A stretch of DNA of 64,000 nucleotides from Octopus sinensis (Eukaryota). Where the stretch lies: the NCBI RefSeq assembly GCF_006345805.1, contig NC_042997.1:194432001-194496000 (forward strand). The letters are read 5' to 3'. The number at the start of each line of letters is the position of its first letter. The stretch's first letter is position 1. Below, in pieces: positions 36,201 to 51,200 of this stretch. The position numbers were made by a program, and so were the translations under genes. Below the pieces are notes generated by a model. The model did no database searches, was not told where the DNA came from, and saw only the letters and a list, made by a program, of their open reading frames with translations.

Positions 36201-39200
36201 TTACTTGAACAAATCAACCCCAGTATATCTTTTATCTTTTACTTGTTTCAGTCAATGGACTGTGGCCATGCTGGAGCACCACCTTGAAGGTTTTTACTTG
36301 AACAAATCAACCCCAGTATATCTTTTATCTTTTACTTGTTTCAGTCAATGGACTGTGGCCATGCTGGAGCACCACCTTGAAGGTTTTTACTTGAACAAAT
36401 CAACCCCAGTATATCTTTTATCTTTTACTTGTTTCAGTCAATGGACTGTGGCCATGCTGGGGCACCACCTTGAAGGTTTTTACTTGAACAAATCAACCCC
36501 AGTATATCTTTTATCTTTTACTTGTTTCAGTCAATGGACTGTGGCCATGCTGGAGCACCACCTTGAAGGTTTTTACTTGAACAAATCAACCCCAGTATAT
36601 CTTTTATCTTTTACTTGTTTCAGTCAATGGACTGTGGCCATGCTGGGCACCACCTTGAAGGTTTTTACTTGAACAAATCAACCCCAGTATATCTTTTATC
36701 TTTTACTTGTTTCAGTCAATGGACTGTGGCCATGCTGGGCACCACCTTGAAGGTTTTTACTTGAACAAATCAACCCCAGTATATCTTTTATCTTTTACTT
36801 GTTTCAGTCAATGGACTGTGGCCATGCTGGAGCACCACCTTGAAGGTTTTACTTGAATAAATCAACCCCAGTATATCTTTTATCTTTTACTTGTTTCAGT
36901 CAATGGACTGTGGCCATGCTGGAGCACCACCTTGAAGGTTTTTACTTGAACAAATCAACCCAGTATATCTTTTATCTTTTACTTGTTTCAGTCAATGGAC
37001 TGTGGCCATGCTGGAGCACCACCTTGAAGGTTTTTACTTGAACAAATCAACCCCAGTATATCTTTTATCTTTACTTGTTTCAGTCAATGGACTGTGGCCA
37101 TGCTGGAGCACCACCTTGAAGGTTTTTACTTGAACAAATCAACCCCAGTATATCTTTTATCTTTTACTTGTTTCAGTCAATGGACTGTGGCCATGCTGGA
37201 GCACCACCTTGAAGGTTTTTACTTGAACAAATCAACCCCAGTATATCTTTTATCTTTTACTTGTTTCAGTCAATGGACTGTGGCCATGCTGGGCACCACC
37301 TTGAAGGTTTTTACTTGAACAAATCAACCCCAGTATATCTTTTATCTTTTACTTGTTTCAGTCAATGGACTGTGGCCATGCTGGAGCACCACCTTGAAGG
37401 TTTTTACTTGAACAAATCAACCCCAGTATATCTTTTACTTGTTTCAGTGAATGGACTGTGGCCATGCTGGAGCACCACCTTGAAGGTTTTTACTTGAACA
37501 AATCAACCCCAGTATATCTTTTATCTTTTACTTGTTTCAGTCAATGGACTGTGGCCATGCTGGAGCACCACCTTGAAGGTTTTACTTGAACAAATCAACC
37601 CCAGTATATCTTTTATCTTTTACTTGTTTCAGTGAATGGACTGTGGCCATGCTGGAGCACCACCTTGAAGGTTTTTACTTGAACAAATCAACCCCAGTAT
37701 ATCTTTTATCTTTTACTTGTTTCAGTCAATGGACTGTGGCCATGCTGGAGCACCACCTTGAAGGTTTTTACTTGAACAAATCAACCCCAGTATATCTTTT
37801 ATCTTTTACTTGTTTCAGTCAATGGACTGTGGCCATGCTGGAGCACCACCTTGAAGGTTTTTACTTGAACAAATCAACCCCAGTATATCTTTTATCTTTT
37901 ACTTGTTTCAGTCAATGGACTGTGGCCATGCTGGAGCACCACCTTGAAGGTTTTTACTTGAACAAATCAACCCCAGTATATCTTTTATCTTTTACTTGTT
38001 TCAGTCAATGGACTGTGGCCATGCTGGAGCACCACCTTGAAGGTTTTTACTTGAACAAATCAACCCCAGTATATCTTTTATCTTTTACTTGTTTCAGTCA
38101 ATGGACTGTGGCCATGCTGGAGCACCACCTTGAAGGTTTTACTTGAACAAATCAACCCAGTATATCTTTTATCTTTTACTTGTTTCAGTCAATGGACTGT
38201 GGCCATGCTGGAGCACCACCTTGAAGGTTTTTACTTGAACAAATCAACCCCAGTATATCTTTTATCTTTTACTTGTTTCAGTCAATGGACTGTGGCCATG
38301 CTGGAGCACCACCTTGAAGGTTTTTACTTGAACAAATCAACCCCAGTATATCTTTTATCTTTTACTTGTTTCAGTCAATGGACTGTGGCCATGCTGGAGC
38401 ACCACCTTGAAGGTTTTTACTTGAACAAATCAACCCCAGTATATCTTTTATCTTTTACTTGTTTCAGTCAATGGACTGTGGCCATGCTGGAGCACCACCT
38501 TGAAGGTTTTTACTTGAACAAATCAACCCCAGTATATCTTTTATCTTTTACTTGTTTCAGTCAATGGACTGTGGCCATGCTGGAGCACCACCTTGAAGGT
38601 TTTTACTTGAACAAATCAACCCCAGTATATCTTTTATCTTTTACTTGTTTCAGTCAATGGACTGTGGCCATGCTGGAGCACCACCTTGAAGGTTTTTACT
38701 TGAACAAATCAACCCCAGTATATCTTTTATCTTTTACTTGTTTCAGTGAATGGACTGTGGCCATGCTGGAGCACCACCTTGAAGGTTTTTACTTGAACAA
38801 ATCAACCCCAGTATATCTTTTATCTTTTACTTGTTTCAGTCAATGGACTGTGGCCATGCTGGAGCACCACCTTGAAGGTTTTTACTTGAACAAATCAACC
38901 CCAGTATATCTTTTATCTTTTACTTGTTTCAGTCAATGGACTGTGGCCATGCTGGGCACCACCTTGAAGGTTTTTACTTGAACAAATCAACCCCAGTATA
39001 TCTTTTATCTTTTACTTGTTTCAGTCAATGGACTGTGGCCATGCTGGGCACCACCTTGAAGGTTTTTACTTGAACAAATCAACCCAGTATATCTTTTATC
39101 TTTTACTTGTTTCAGTCAATGGACTGTGGCCATGCTGGGCACCACCTTGAAGGTTTTTACTTGAATAAATCAACCCCAGTATATCTTTTATCTTTTACTT

Positions 39201-42200
39201 GTTTCAGTCAATGGACTGTGGCCATGCTGGGGCACCACCTTGAAGGTTTTTACTTGAACAAATCAACCCCAGTATATCTTTTATCTTTTACTTGTTTCAG
39301 TCAATGGACTGTGGCCATGCTGGAGCACCACCTTGAAGGTTTTTACTTGAATAAATCAACCCAGTATATCTTTTATCTTTTACTTGTTTCAGTCAATGGA
39401 CTGTGGCCATGCTGGGCACCACCTTGAAGGTTTTTACTTGAACAAATCAACCCCAGTATATCTTTTATCTTTTACTTGTTTCAGTCAATGGACTGTGGCC
39501 ATGCTGGAGCACCACCTTGAAGGTTTTTACTTGAACAAATCAACCCCAGTATATCTTTTATCTTTTACTTGTTTCAGTCAATGGACTGTGGCCATGCTGG
39601 AGCACCACCTTGAAGGTTTTTACTTGAATAAATCAACCCCAGTATATCTTTTATCTTTTACTTGTTTCAGTCAATGGACTGTGGCCATGCTGGAGCACCA
39701 CCTTGAAGGTTTTTACTTGAACAAATCAACCCCAGTATATCTTTTATCTTTTACTTGTTTCAGTCAATGGACTGTGGCCATGCTGGAGCACCACCTTGAA
39801 GGTTTTTACTTGAATAAATCAACCCCAGTATATCTTTTATCTTTTACTTGTTTCAGTCAATGGACTGTGGCCATGCTGGGCACCACCTTGAAGGTTTTTA
39901 CTTGAACAAATCAACCCCAGTATATCTTTTATCTTTTACTTGTTTCAGTCAATGGACTGTGGCCATGCTGGAGCACCACCTTGAAGGTTTTTACTTGAAA
40001 AATCAACCCCAGTATATCTTTTATCTTTTACTTGTTTCAGTCAATGGACTGTGGCCATGCTGGAGCACCACCTTGAAGGTTTTTACTTGAAAAATCAACC
40101 CCAGTATATCTTTTATCTTTTACTTGTTTCAGTCAATGGACTGTGGCCATGCTGGGGCACCACCTTGAAGGTTTTTACTTGAACAAATCAACCCCAGTAT
40201 ATCTTTTATCTTTTACTTGTTTCAGTCAATGGACTGTGGCCATGCTGGGGCACCACCTTGAAGGTTTTTACTTGAAAAATCAACCCCAGTATATCTTTTA
40301 TCTTTTACTTGTTTCAGTCAATGGACTGTGGCCATGCTGGAGCACCACCTTGAAGGTTTTTACTTGAACAAATCAACCCCAGTATATCTTTTATCTTTTA
40401 CTTGTTTCAGTCAATGGACTGTGGCCATGCTGGAGCACCACCTTGAAGGTTTTTACTTGAATAAATCAACCCCAGTATATCTTTTATCTTTTACTTGTTT
40501 CAGTGAATGGACTGTGGCCATGCTGGGGCACCACCTTGAAGGTTTTTACTTGAATAAATCAACCCCAGTATATCTTTTATCTTTTACTTGTTTCAGTCAA
40601 TGGACTGTGGCCATGCTGGGGCACCACCTTGAAGGTTTTTACTTGAATAAATCAACTCCAGTATATCTTTTATCTTTTACTTGTTTCAGTCAATGGACTG
40701 TGGCCATGCTGGGGCACCACCTTGAAGGTTTTTACTTGAATAAATCAACTCCAGTATATCTTTTATCTTTTACTTGTTTCAGTCAATGGACTGTGGCCAT
40801 GCTGGAGCACCACCTTGAAGGTTTTTACTTGAATAAATCAACTCCAGTATATCTTTTATCTTTTACTTGTTTCAGTCAATGGACTGTGGCCATGCTGGGG
40901 CACCACCTTGAAGGTTTTTACTTGAATAAATCAACCCCAGTATATCTTTTATCTTTTACTTGTTTCAGTCAATGGACTGTGGCCATGCTGGGGCACCACC
41001 TTGAAGGTTTTTACTTGAATAAATCAACCCCAGTATATCTTTTATCTTTTACTTGTTTCAGTCAATGGACTGTGGCCATGCTGGGCACCACCTTGAAGGT
41101 TTTACTTGAATAAATCAACCCCAGTATATCTTTTATCTTTTACTTGTTTCAGTCAATGGACTGTGGCCATGCTGGGCACCACCTTGAAGGTTTTTACTTG
41201 AATAAATCAACCCCAGTATATCTTTTATCTTTTACTTGTTTCAGTCAATGGACTGTGGCCATGCTGGGGCACCACCTTGAAGGTTTTTACTTGAATAAAT
41301 CAACCCAGTATATCTTTATCTTTTACTTGTTTCAGTCAATGGACTGTGGCCATGCTGGGGCACCACCTTGAAGGTTTTTACTTGAATAAATCAACCCCAG
41401 TATATCTTTTATCTTTTACTTGTTTCAGTCAATGGACTGTGGCCATGCTGGAGCACCACCTTGAAGGTTTTTACTTGAACAAATCAACCCCAGTATATCT
41501 TTTATCTTTTACTTGTTTCAGTCAATGGACTGTGGCCATGCTGGGGCACCACCTTGAAGGTTTTTACTTGAATAAATCAACCCCAGTATATCTTTTATCT
41601 TTTACTTGTTTCAGTCAATGGACTGTGGCCATGCTGGAGCACCACCTTGAAGGTTTTTACTTGAACAAATCAACCCCAGTATATCTTTTATCTTTTACTT
41701 GTTTCAGTCAATGGACTGTGGCCATGCTGGGGCACCACCTTGAAGGTTTTTACTTGAATAAATCAACTCCAGTATATCTTTTATCTTTTACTTGTTTCAG
41801 TCAATGGACTGTGGCCATGCTGGGGCACCACCTTGAAGTTTTTACTTGAATAAATCAACCCCAGTATATCTTTTATCTTTACTTGTTTCAGTCAATGGAC
41901 TGTGGCCATGCTGGAGCACCACCTTGAAGGTTTTTTATGAATAAATCAACCCCAGTATATCTTTTATCTTTTACTTGTTTCAGTCAATGGACTGTGGCCA
42001 TGCTGGAGCACCACCTTGAAGGTTTTTACTTGAATAAATCAACCCCAGTATATCTTTTATCTTTTACTTGTTTCAGTCAATGGACTGTGGCCATGCTGGA
42101 GCACCACCTTGAAGGTTTTTACTTGAACAAATCAACCCAGTATATCTTTTATCTTTTACTTGTTTCAGTCAATGGACTGTGGCCATGCTGGAGCACCACC

Positions 42201-45200
42201 TTGAAGGTTTTTACTTGAATAAATCAACCCAGTATATCTTTTATCTTTTACTTGTTTCAGTCAATGGACTGTGGCATGCTGGAGCACCACCTTGAAGGTT
42301 TTTACTTGAATAATCAACCCCAGTATATCTTTTATCTTTTACTTGTTTCAGTCAATGGACTGTGGCCATGCTGGAGCACCACCTTGAAGGTTTTTACTTG
42401 AATAAATCAACCCAGTATATCTTTTATCTTTTACTTGTTTCAGTCAATGGACTGTGGCCATGCTGGAGCACCACCTTGAAGGTTTTTACTTGAACAAATC
42501 AACCCCAGTATATCTTTTATCTTTTACTTGTTTCAGTCAATGGACTGTGGCCATGCTGGAGCACCACCTTGAAGGTTTTTACTTGAACAAATCAACCCCA
42601 GTATATCTTTTATCTTTTACTTGTTTCAGTGAATGGACTGTGGCCATGCTGGAGCACCACCTTGAAGGTTTTTACTTGAATAAATCAACCCCAGTATATC
42701 TTTTATCTTTTACTTGTTTCAGTCAATGGACTGTGGCCATGCTGGAGCACCACCTTGAAGGTTTTTACTTGAACAAATCAACCCCAGTATATCTTTTATC
42801 TTTTACTTGTTTCAGTCAATGGACTGTGGCCATGCTGGGCACCACCTTGAAGGTTTTTACTTGAACAAATCAACCCAGTATATCTTTATCTTTTACTTGT
42901 TTCAGTCAATGGACTGTGGCCATGCTGGAGCACCACCTTGAAGGTTTTTACTTGAACAAATCAACCCAGTATATCTTTTATCTTTTACTTGTTTCAGTCA
43001 ATGGACTGTGGCCATGCTGGAGCACCACCTTGAAGGTTTTACTTGAATAAATCAACCCCAGTATATATCTTTATCTTTTACTTGTTTCAGTCAATGGACT
43101 GTGGCCATGCTGGAGCACCACCTTGAAGGGTTTTACTTGAAAATCAACCCCAGTATATCTTTTATCTTTTACTTGTTTCAGTCAATGGACTGTGGCCATG
43201 CTGGAGCACCACCTTGAAGGTTTTTACTTGAATAAATCAACCCCAGTATATCTTTTATCTTTTACTTGTTTCAGTCAATGGACTGTGGCCATGCTGGAGC
43301 ACCACCTTGAAGGTTTTTACTTGAACAAATCAACCCCAGTATATCTTTTATCTTTTACTTGTTTCAGTCAATGGACTGTGGCCATGCTGGAGCACCACCT
43401 TGAAGGTTTTACTTGAATAAATCAAACCCAGTATATCTTTTATCTTTTACTTGTTTCAGTCAATGGACTGTGGCCATGCTGGAGCACCACTTGAAGGTTT
43501 TTACTTGAATAATCAACCCCAGTATATCTTTTATCTTTTACTTGTTTCAGTCAATGGACTGTGGCCATGCTGGAGCACCACCTTGAATTGAAGGTTTTAC
43601 TTGAACAAATCAACCCCAGTATATCTTTTATCTTTTACTTGTTTCAGTCAATGGACTGTGGCCATGCTGGGGCACCACCTTGAAGGTTTTTACTTGAACA
43701 AATCAACCCCAGTATATCTTTTATCTTTTACTTGTTTCAGTCAATGGACTGTGGCCATGCTGGGGCACCACCTTGAAGGTTTTTACTTGAACAAATCAAC
43801 CCCAGTATATCTTTATCTTTTACTTGTTTCAGTCAATGGACTGTGGCCATGCTGGAGCACCACCTTGAAGGTTTTTACTTGAACAAATCAACCCCAGTAT
43901 ATCTTTTATCTTTTACTTGTTTCAGTCAATGGACTGTGGCCATGCTGGAGCACCACCTTGAAGGTTTTTACTTGAATAAATCAACCCCAGTATATCTTTT
44001 ATCTTTTACTTGTTTCAGTCAATGGACTGTGGCCATGCTGGAGCACCACCTTGAAGGTTTTTACTTGAACAAATCAACCCCAGTATATCTTTTATCTTTT
44101 ACTTGTTTCAGTCAATGGACTGTGGCCATGCTGGAGCACCACCTTGAAGGTTTTTACTTGAATAAATCAACCCCAGTATATTTTTATCTTTTACTTGTTT
44201 CAGTCAATGGACTGTGGCCATGCTGGGGCACCACCTTGAAGGTTTTTACTTGAACAAATCAACCCCAGTATATCTTTTATCTTTTACTTGTTTCAGTCAA
44301 TGGACTGTGGCCATGCTGGGGCACCACCTTGAAGGTTTTTACTTGAACAAATCAACCCCAGTATATCTTTTATCTTTTACTTGTTTCAGTCAATGGACTG
44401 TGGCCATGCTGGGCACCACCTTGAAGGTTTTACTTGAATAAATCAACCCCAGTATATCTTTTATCTTTTACTTGTTTCAGTCAATGGACTGTGGCCATGC
44501 TGGAGCACCACCTTGAAGGTTTTTACTTGAACAAATCAACCCCAGTATATCTTTTATCTTTTACTTGTTTCAGTCAATGGACTGTGGCCATGCTGGAGCA
44601 CCACCTTGAAGGTTTTTACTTGAACAAATCAACCCAGTATATCTTTTATCTTTTACTTGTTTCAGTCAATGGACTGTGGCCATGCTGGAGCACCACCTTG
44701 AAGGTTTTTACTTGAACAAATCAACCCCAGTATATCTTTTATCTTTTACTTGTTTCAGTCAATGGACTGTGGCCATGCTGGAGCACCACCTTGAAGGTTT
44801 TTACTTGAACAAATCAACCCCAGTATCTTTTATCTTTTACTTGTTTCAGTCAATGGACTGTGGCCATGCTGGGGCACCACCTTGAAGGTTTTTACTTGAA
44901 CAAATCAACCCCAGTATATCTTTTATCTTTTACTTGTTTCAGTCAATGGACTGTGGCCATGCTGGGGCACCACCTTGAAGGTTTTTACTTGAACAAATCA
45001 ACCCCAGTATATCTTTTATCTTTTACTTGTTTCAGTCAATGGACTGTGGCCATGCTGGAGCACCACCTTGAAGGTTTTACTTGAATAAATCAACCCCAGT
45101 ATATCTTTTATCTTTTACTTGTTTCAGTCAAGGACTGTGGCCATGCTGGAGCACCACCTTGAAGGTTTTTACTTGAACAAATCAACCCCAGTATATCTTT

Positions 45201-48200
45201 ATCTTTTACTTGTTTCAGTCAATGGACTGTGGCCATGCTGGAGCACCACCTTGAAGGTTTTTACTTGAACAAATCAACCCCAGTATATCTTTTATTTTAC
45301 TTGTTTCAGTCAATGGACTGTGGCCATGCTGGGCACCACCTTGAAGGTTTTTACTTGAAAAATCAACCCCAGTATATCTTTTATCTTTTACTTGTTTCAG
45401 TCAATGGACTGTGGCCATGCTGGAGCACCACCTTGAAGGTTTTTACTTGAACAAATCAACCCAGTATATTTTATCTTTACTTGTTTCAGTCAATGGACTG
45501 TGGCCATGCTGGAGCACCACCTTGAAGGTTTTTACTTGAATAAATCAACCCCAGTATATCTTTATCTTTTACTTGTTTCAGTCAATGGACTGTGGCCATG
45601 CTGGAGCACCACCTTGAAGGTTTTTACTTGAACAAATCAACCCCAGTATATCTTTTATCTTTTACTTGTTTCAGTCAATGGACTGTGGCCATGCTGGAGC
45701 ACCACCTTGAAGGTTTTTACTTGAACAAATCAACCCCAGTATATCTTTTATCTTTTACTTGTTTCAGTCAATGGACTGTGGCCATGCTGGAGCACCACCT
45801 TGAAGGTTTTTACTTGAACAAATCAACCCCAGTATATCTTTTATCTTTTACTTGTTTCAGTCAATGGACTGTGGCCATGCTGGAGCACCACCTTGAAGGT
45901 TTTACTTGAATAAATCAACCCCAGTATATCTTTTATCTTTTACTTGTTTCAGTCAATGGACTGTGGCCATGCTGGAGCACCACCTTGAAGGTTTTTACTT
46001 GAACAAATCAACCCCAGTATATCTTTTATCTTTTACTTGTTTCAGTCAATGGACTGTGGCCATGCTGGAGCACCACCTTGAAGGTTTTTACTTGAATAAA
46101 TCAACCCCAGTATATCTTTTATCTTTTACTTGTTTCAGTCAATGGACTGTGGCCATGCTGGAGCACCACCTTGAAGGTTTTTACTTGAATAAATCAACCC
46201 CAGTATATCTTTTATCTTTTACTTGTTTCAGTCAATGGACTGTGGCAGTGCTGGAGCACCACCTTGAAGGTTTTTACTTGAACAAATCAACCCCAGTATA
46301 TCTTTTATCTTTTACTTGTTTCAGTCAATGGACTGTGGCCATGCTGGAGCACCACCTTGAAGGTTTTTACTTGAACAAATCAACCCCAGTATATCTTTTA
46401 TCTTTTACTTGTTTCAGTCAATGGACTGTGGCCATGCTGGGGCACCACCTTGAAGGTTTTTACTTGAACAAATCAACTCCAGTATATCTTTTATCTTTTA
46501 CTTGTTTCAGTCAATGGACTGTGGCCATGCTGGGGCACCACCTTGAAGGTTTTTACTTGAACAAATCAACCCCAGTATATCTTTTATCTTTTACTTGTTT
46601 CAGTCAATGGACTGTGGCCATGCTGGAGCACCACCTTGAAGGTTTTTACTTGAATAAATCAACCCCAGTATATCTTTTATCTTTTACTTGTTTCAGTCAA
46701 TGGACTGTGGCCATGCTGGAGCACCACCTTGAAGGGTTTTACTTGAACAATCAACCCCAGTATATCTTTTATCTTTTACTTGTTTCAGTCAATGGACTGT
46801 GGCCATGCTGGAGCACCACCTTGAAGGTTTTTACTTGAATAAATCAACCCCAGTATATTTTTATCTTTTACTTGTTTCAGTCAATGGACTGTGGCCATGC
46901 TGGGAGCACCACCTTGAAGGTTTTTACTTGAACAATCAACCCCAGTATATCTTTTATCTTTTACTTGTTTCAGTCAATGGACTGTGGCCATGCTGGAGCA
47001 CCACCTTGAAGGTTTTTACTTGAATAAATCAACCCCAGTATATCTTTTATCTTTTACTTGTTTCAGTCAATGGACTGTGGCCATGCTGGAGCACCACCTT
47101 GAAGGTTTTTACTTGAATAAATCAACCCCAGTATATCTTTTATCTTTACTTGTTTCAGTCAATGGACTGTGGCCATGCTGGGAGCACCACCTTGAAGGTT
47201 TTACTTGAACAAATCAACCCCAGTATATCTTTATCTTTTACTTGTTTCAGTCAATGGACTGTGGCCATGCTGGCACCACCTTGAAGTTTTTACTTGAATA
47301 AATCAACCCCAGTATATCTTTTATCTTTTACTTGTTTCAGTCAATGGACTGTGGCCATGCTGGAGCACCACCTTGAAGGTTTTTACTTGAACAAATCACC
47401 CCAGTATATCTTTTATCTTTTACTTGTTTCAGTCAATGGACTGTGGCCATGCTGGAGCACCACCTTGAAGGTTTTTACTTGAATAAATCAACCCCAGTAT
47501 ATCTTTTATCTTTTACTTGTTTCAGTCAATGGACTGTGGCCATGCTGGAGCACCACCTTGAAGGTTTTACTTGAACAAATCAACCCAGTATATCTTTTAT
47601 CTTTTACTTGTTTCAGTCAATGGACTGTGGCCATGCTGGAGCACCACCTTGAAGGTTTTTACTTGAATAAATCAACCCCAGTATATCTTTTATCTTTTAC
47701 TTGTTTCAGTCAATGGACTGTGGCCATGCTGGGCACCACCTTGAAGGTTTTACTTGAACAAATCAACCCCAGTATATCTTTTATCTTTTACTTGTTTCAG
47801 TCAATGGACTGTGGCCATGCTGGAGCACCACCTTGAAGGTTTTTTACTTGAACAAATCACCCCAGTATATCTTTTATCTTTTACTTGTTTCAGTCAATGG
47901 ACTGTGGCCATGCTGGAGCACCACCTTGAAGGTTTTTACTTGAACAATCAACCCCAGTATATCTTTTATCTTTTACTTGTTTCAGTCAATGGACTGTGGC
48001 CATGCTGGAGCACCACCTTGAAGGTTTTACTTGAATAAATCAACCCAGTATATCTTTTATCTTTTACTTGTTTCAGTCAATGGACTGTGGCCATGCTGGA
48101 GCACCACCTTGAAGGTTTTTACTTGAATAAATCAACCCCAGTATATCTTTTATCTTTTACTTGTTTCAGTCAATGGACTGTGGCCATGCTGGAGCACCAC

Positions 48201-51200
48201 CTTGAAGGTTTTTACTTGAATAAATCAACCCCAGTATATCTTTTATCTTTTACTTGTTTCAGTCAATGGACTGTGGCCATGCTGGGCACCACCTTGAAGG
48301 GTTTTACTTGATAAATCAACCCCAGTATATCTTTTATCTTTTACTTGTTTCAGTCAATGGACTGTGGCCATGCTGGAGCACCACCTTGAAGGTTTTTACT
48401 TGAATAAATCAACCCCAGTATATCTTTTATCTTTTACTTGTTTCAGTCAATGGACTGTGGCCATGCTGGAGCACCACCTTGAAGGTTTTTACTTGAATAA
48501 ATCAACCCCAGTATATCTTTTATCTTTTACTTGTTTCAGTCAATGGACTGTGGCCATGCTGGAGCACCACCTTGAAGGTTTTACTTGAATAAATCAACCC
48601 AGTATATCTTTTATCTTTTACTTGTTTCAGTCAATGGACTGTGGCCATGCTGGAGCACCACCTTGAAGGTTTTACTTGAATAAATCAACCCAGTATATCT
48701 TTTATCTTTTACTTGTTTCAGTCAATGGACTGTGGCCATGCTGGAGCACCACCTTGAAGGTTTTTACTTGAACAAATCAACCCCAGTATATTTTATCTTT
48801 TACTTGTTTCAGTCAATGGACTGTGGCCATGCTGGAGCACCACCTTGAAGGGTTTTACTTGAACAAATCAACCCCAGTATATCTTTTATCTTTTACTTGT
48901 TTCAGTCAATGGACTGTGGCCATGCTGGAGCACCACCTTGAAGGTTTTTACTTGAACAAATCAACCCAGTATATCTTTTATCTTTTACTTGTTTCAGTCA
49001 ATGGACTGTGGCCATGCTGGAGCACCACCTTGAAGGTTTTTACTTGAATAAATCAACCCCAGTATATCTTTTATCTTTTACTTGTTTCAGTCAATGGACT
49101 GTGGCCATGCTGGAGCACCACCTTGAAGGTTTTACTTGAACAAATCAACCCCAGTATATCTTTTATCTTTTACTTGTTTCAGTCAATGGACTGTGGCCAT
49201 GCTGGAGCACCACCTTGAAGGGTTTTACTTGAATAAATCAACCCCAGTATATCTTTTATCTTTTACTTGTTTCAGTCAATGGACTGTGGCCATGCTGGAG
49301 CACCACCTTGAAGGTTTTACTTGAACAAATCAACCCCAGTATATTTTATCTTTTACTTGTTTCAGTCAATGGACTGTGGCCATGCTGGAGCACCACCTTG
49401 AAGGGTTTTACTTGAACAAATCAACCCCAGTATATCTTTTATCTTTTACTTGTTTCAGTCAATGGACTGTGGCCATGCTGGAGCACCACCTTGAAGGGTT
49501 TTACTTGAACAAATCAACCCCAGTATATCTTTTATCTTTTACTTGTTTCAGTCAATGGACTGTGGCCATGCTGGAGCACCACCTTGAAGGGTTTTACTTG
49601 AACAAATCAACCCCAGTATATCTTTTATCTTTTACTTGTTTCAGTCAATGGACTGTGGCCATGCTGGAGCACCACCTTGAAGGTTTTTACTTGAACAAAT
49701 CAACCCCAGTATATCTTTTATCTTTTACTTGTTTCAGTCAATGGACTGTGGCCATGCTGGGCACCCACCTTGAAGGGTTTTACTTGAACAAATCAACCCC
49801 AGTATATCTTTTATCTTTTACTTGTTTCAGTCAATGGACTGTGGCCATGCTGGAGCACCACCTTGAAGGTTTTTACTTGAACAAATCAACCCCAGTATAT
49901 CTTTTATTTTACTGTTTCAGTCAATGGACTGTGGCCATGCTGGAGCACCACCTTGAAGGTTTTTACTTGAATAAATCAACCCCAGTATATCTTTTATCTT
50001 TTACTTGTTTCAGTCAATGGACTGTGGCCATGCTGGAGCACCACCTTGAAGGTTTTTACTTGAATAAATCAACCCCAGTATATCTTTTATCTTTTACTTG
50101 TTTCAGTCAATGGACTGTGGCCATGCTGGAGCACCACCTTGAAGGTTTTTACTTGAATAAATCAACCCAGTATATCTTTTATCTTTTACTTGTTTCAGTC
50201 AATGGACTGTGGCCATGCTGGAGCACCACCTTGAAGTGTTTTACTTGAATAAATCAACCCCAGTATATCTTTATCTTTTACTTGTTTCAGTCAATGGACT
50301 GTGGCCATGCTGGGGCACCACCTTGAAGGGTTTTACTTGAACAAATCAACCCCAGTATATCTTTTATCTTTTACTTGTTTCAGTCAATGACTGTGGCCAT
50401 GCTGGAGCACCACCTTGAAGGTTTTACTTGAATAAATCAACCCCAGTATATTTTATCTTTTACTTGTTTCAGTCAATGGACTGTGGCCATGCTGGAGCAC
50501 CACCTTGAAGGTTTTTACTTGAATAAATCAACCCCAGTATATCTTTTATCTTTTACTTGTTTCAGTCAATGGACTGTGGCCATGCTGGAGCACCACCTTG
50601 AAGGGTTTTACTTGAACAAATCAACCCAGTATATCTTTTATCTTTTACTTGTTTCAGTCAATGGACTGTGGCCATGCTGGAGCACCACCTTGAAGGGTTT
50701 ACTTGAAATAAATCAACCCCAGTATATCTTTTATCTTTTACTTGTTTCAGTCAATGGACTGTGGCCATGCTGGGCACCACCTTGAAGGTTTTTACTTGAA
50801 TAAATCAACCCCAGTATATCTTTTATCTTTTACTTGTTTCAGTCAATGGACTGTGGCCATGCTGGAGCACCACCTTGAAGGTTTTTACTTGAACAAATCA
50901 ACTCCAGTATATCTTTTATCTTTTACTTGTTTCAGTCAATGGACTGTGGCCATGCTGGAGCACCACCTTGAAGGTTTTTACTTGAATAAATCAACCCCAG
51001 TATATCTTTTATCTTTTACTTGTTTCAGTCAATGGACTGTGGCCATGCTGGAGCACCACCTTGAAGGGTTTTACTTGAACAAATCAACCCCAGTATATCT
51101 TTTATCTTTTACTTGTTTCAGTCAATGGACTGTGGCCATGCTGGAGCACCACCTTGAAGGTTTTACTTGAATAAATCAACCCCAGTATATCTTTTATCTT

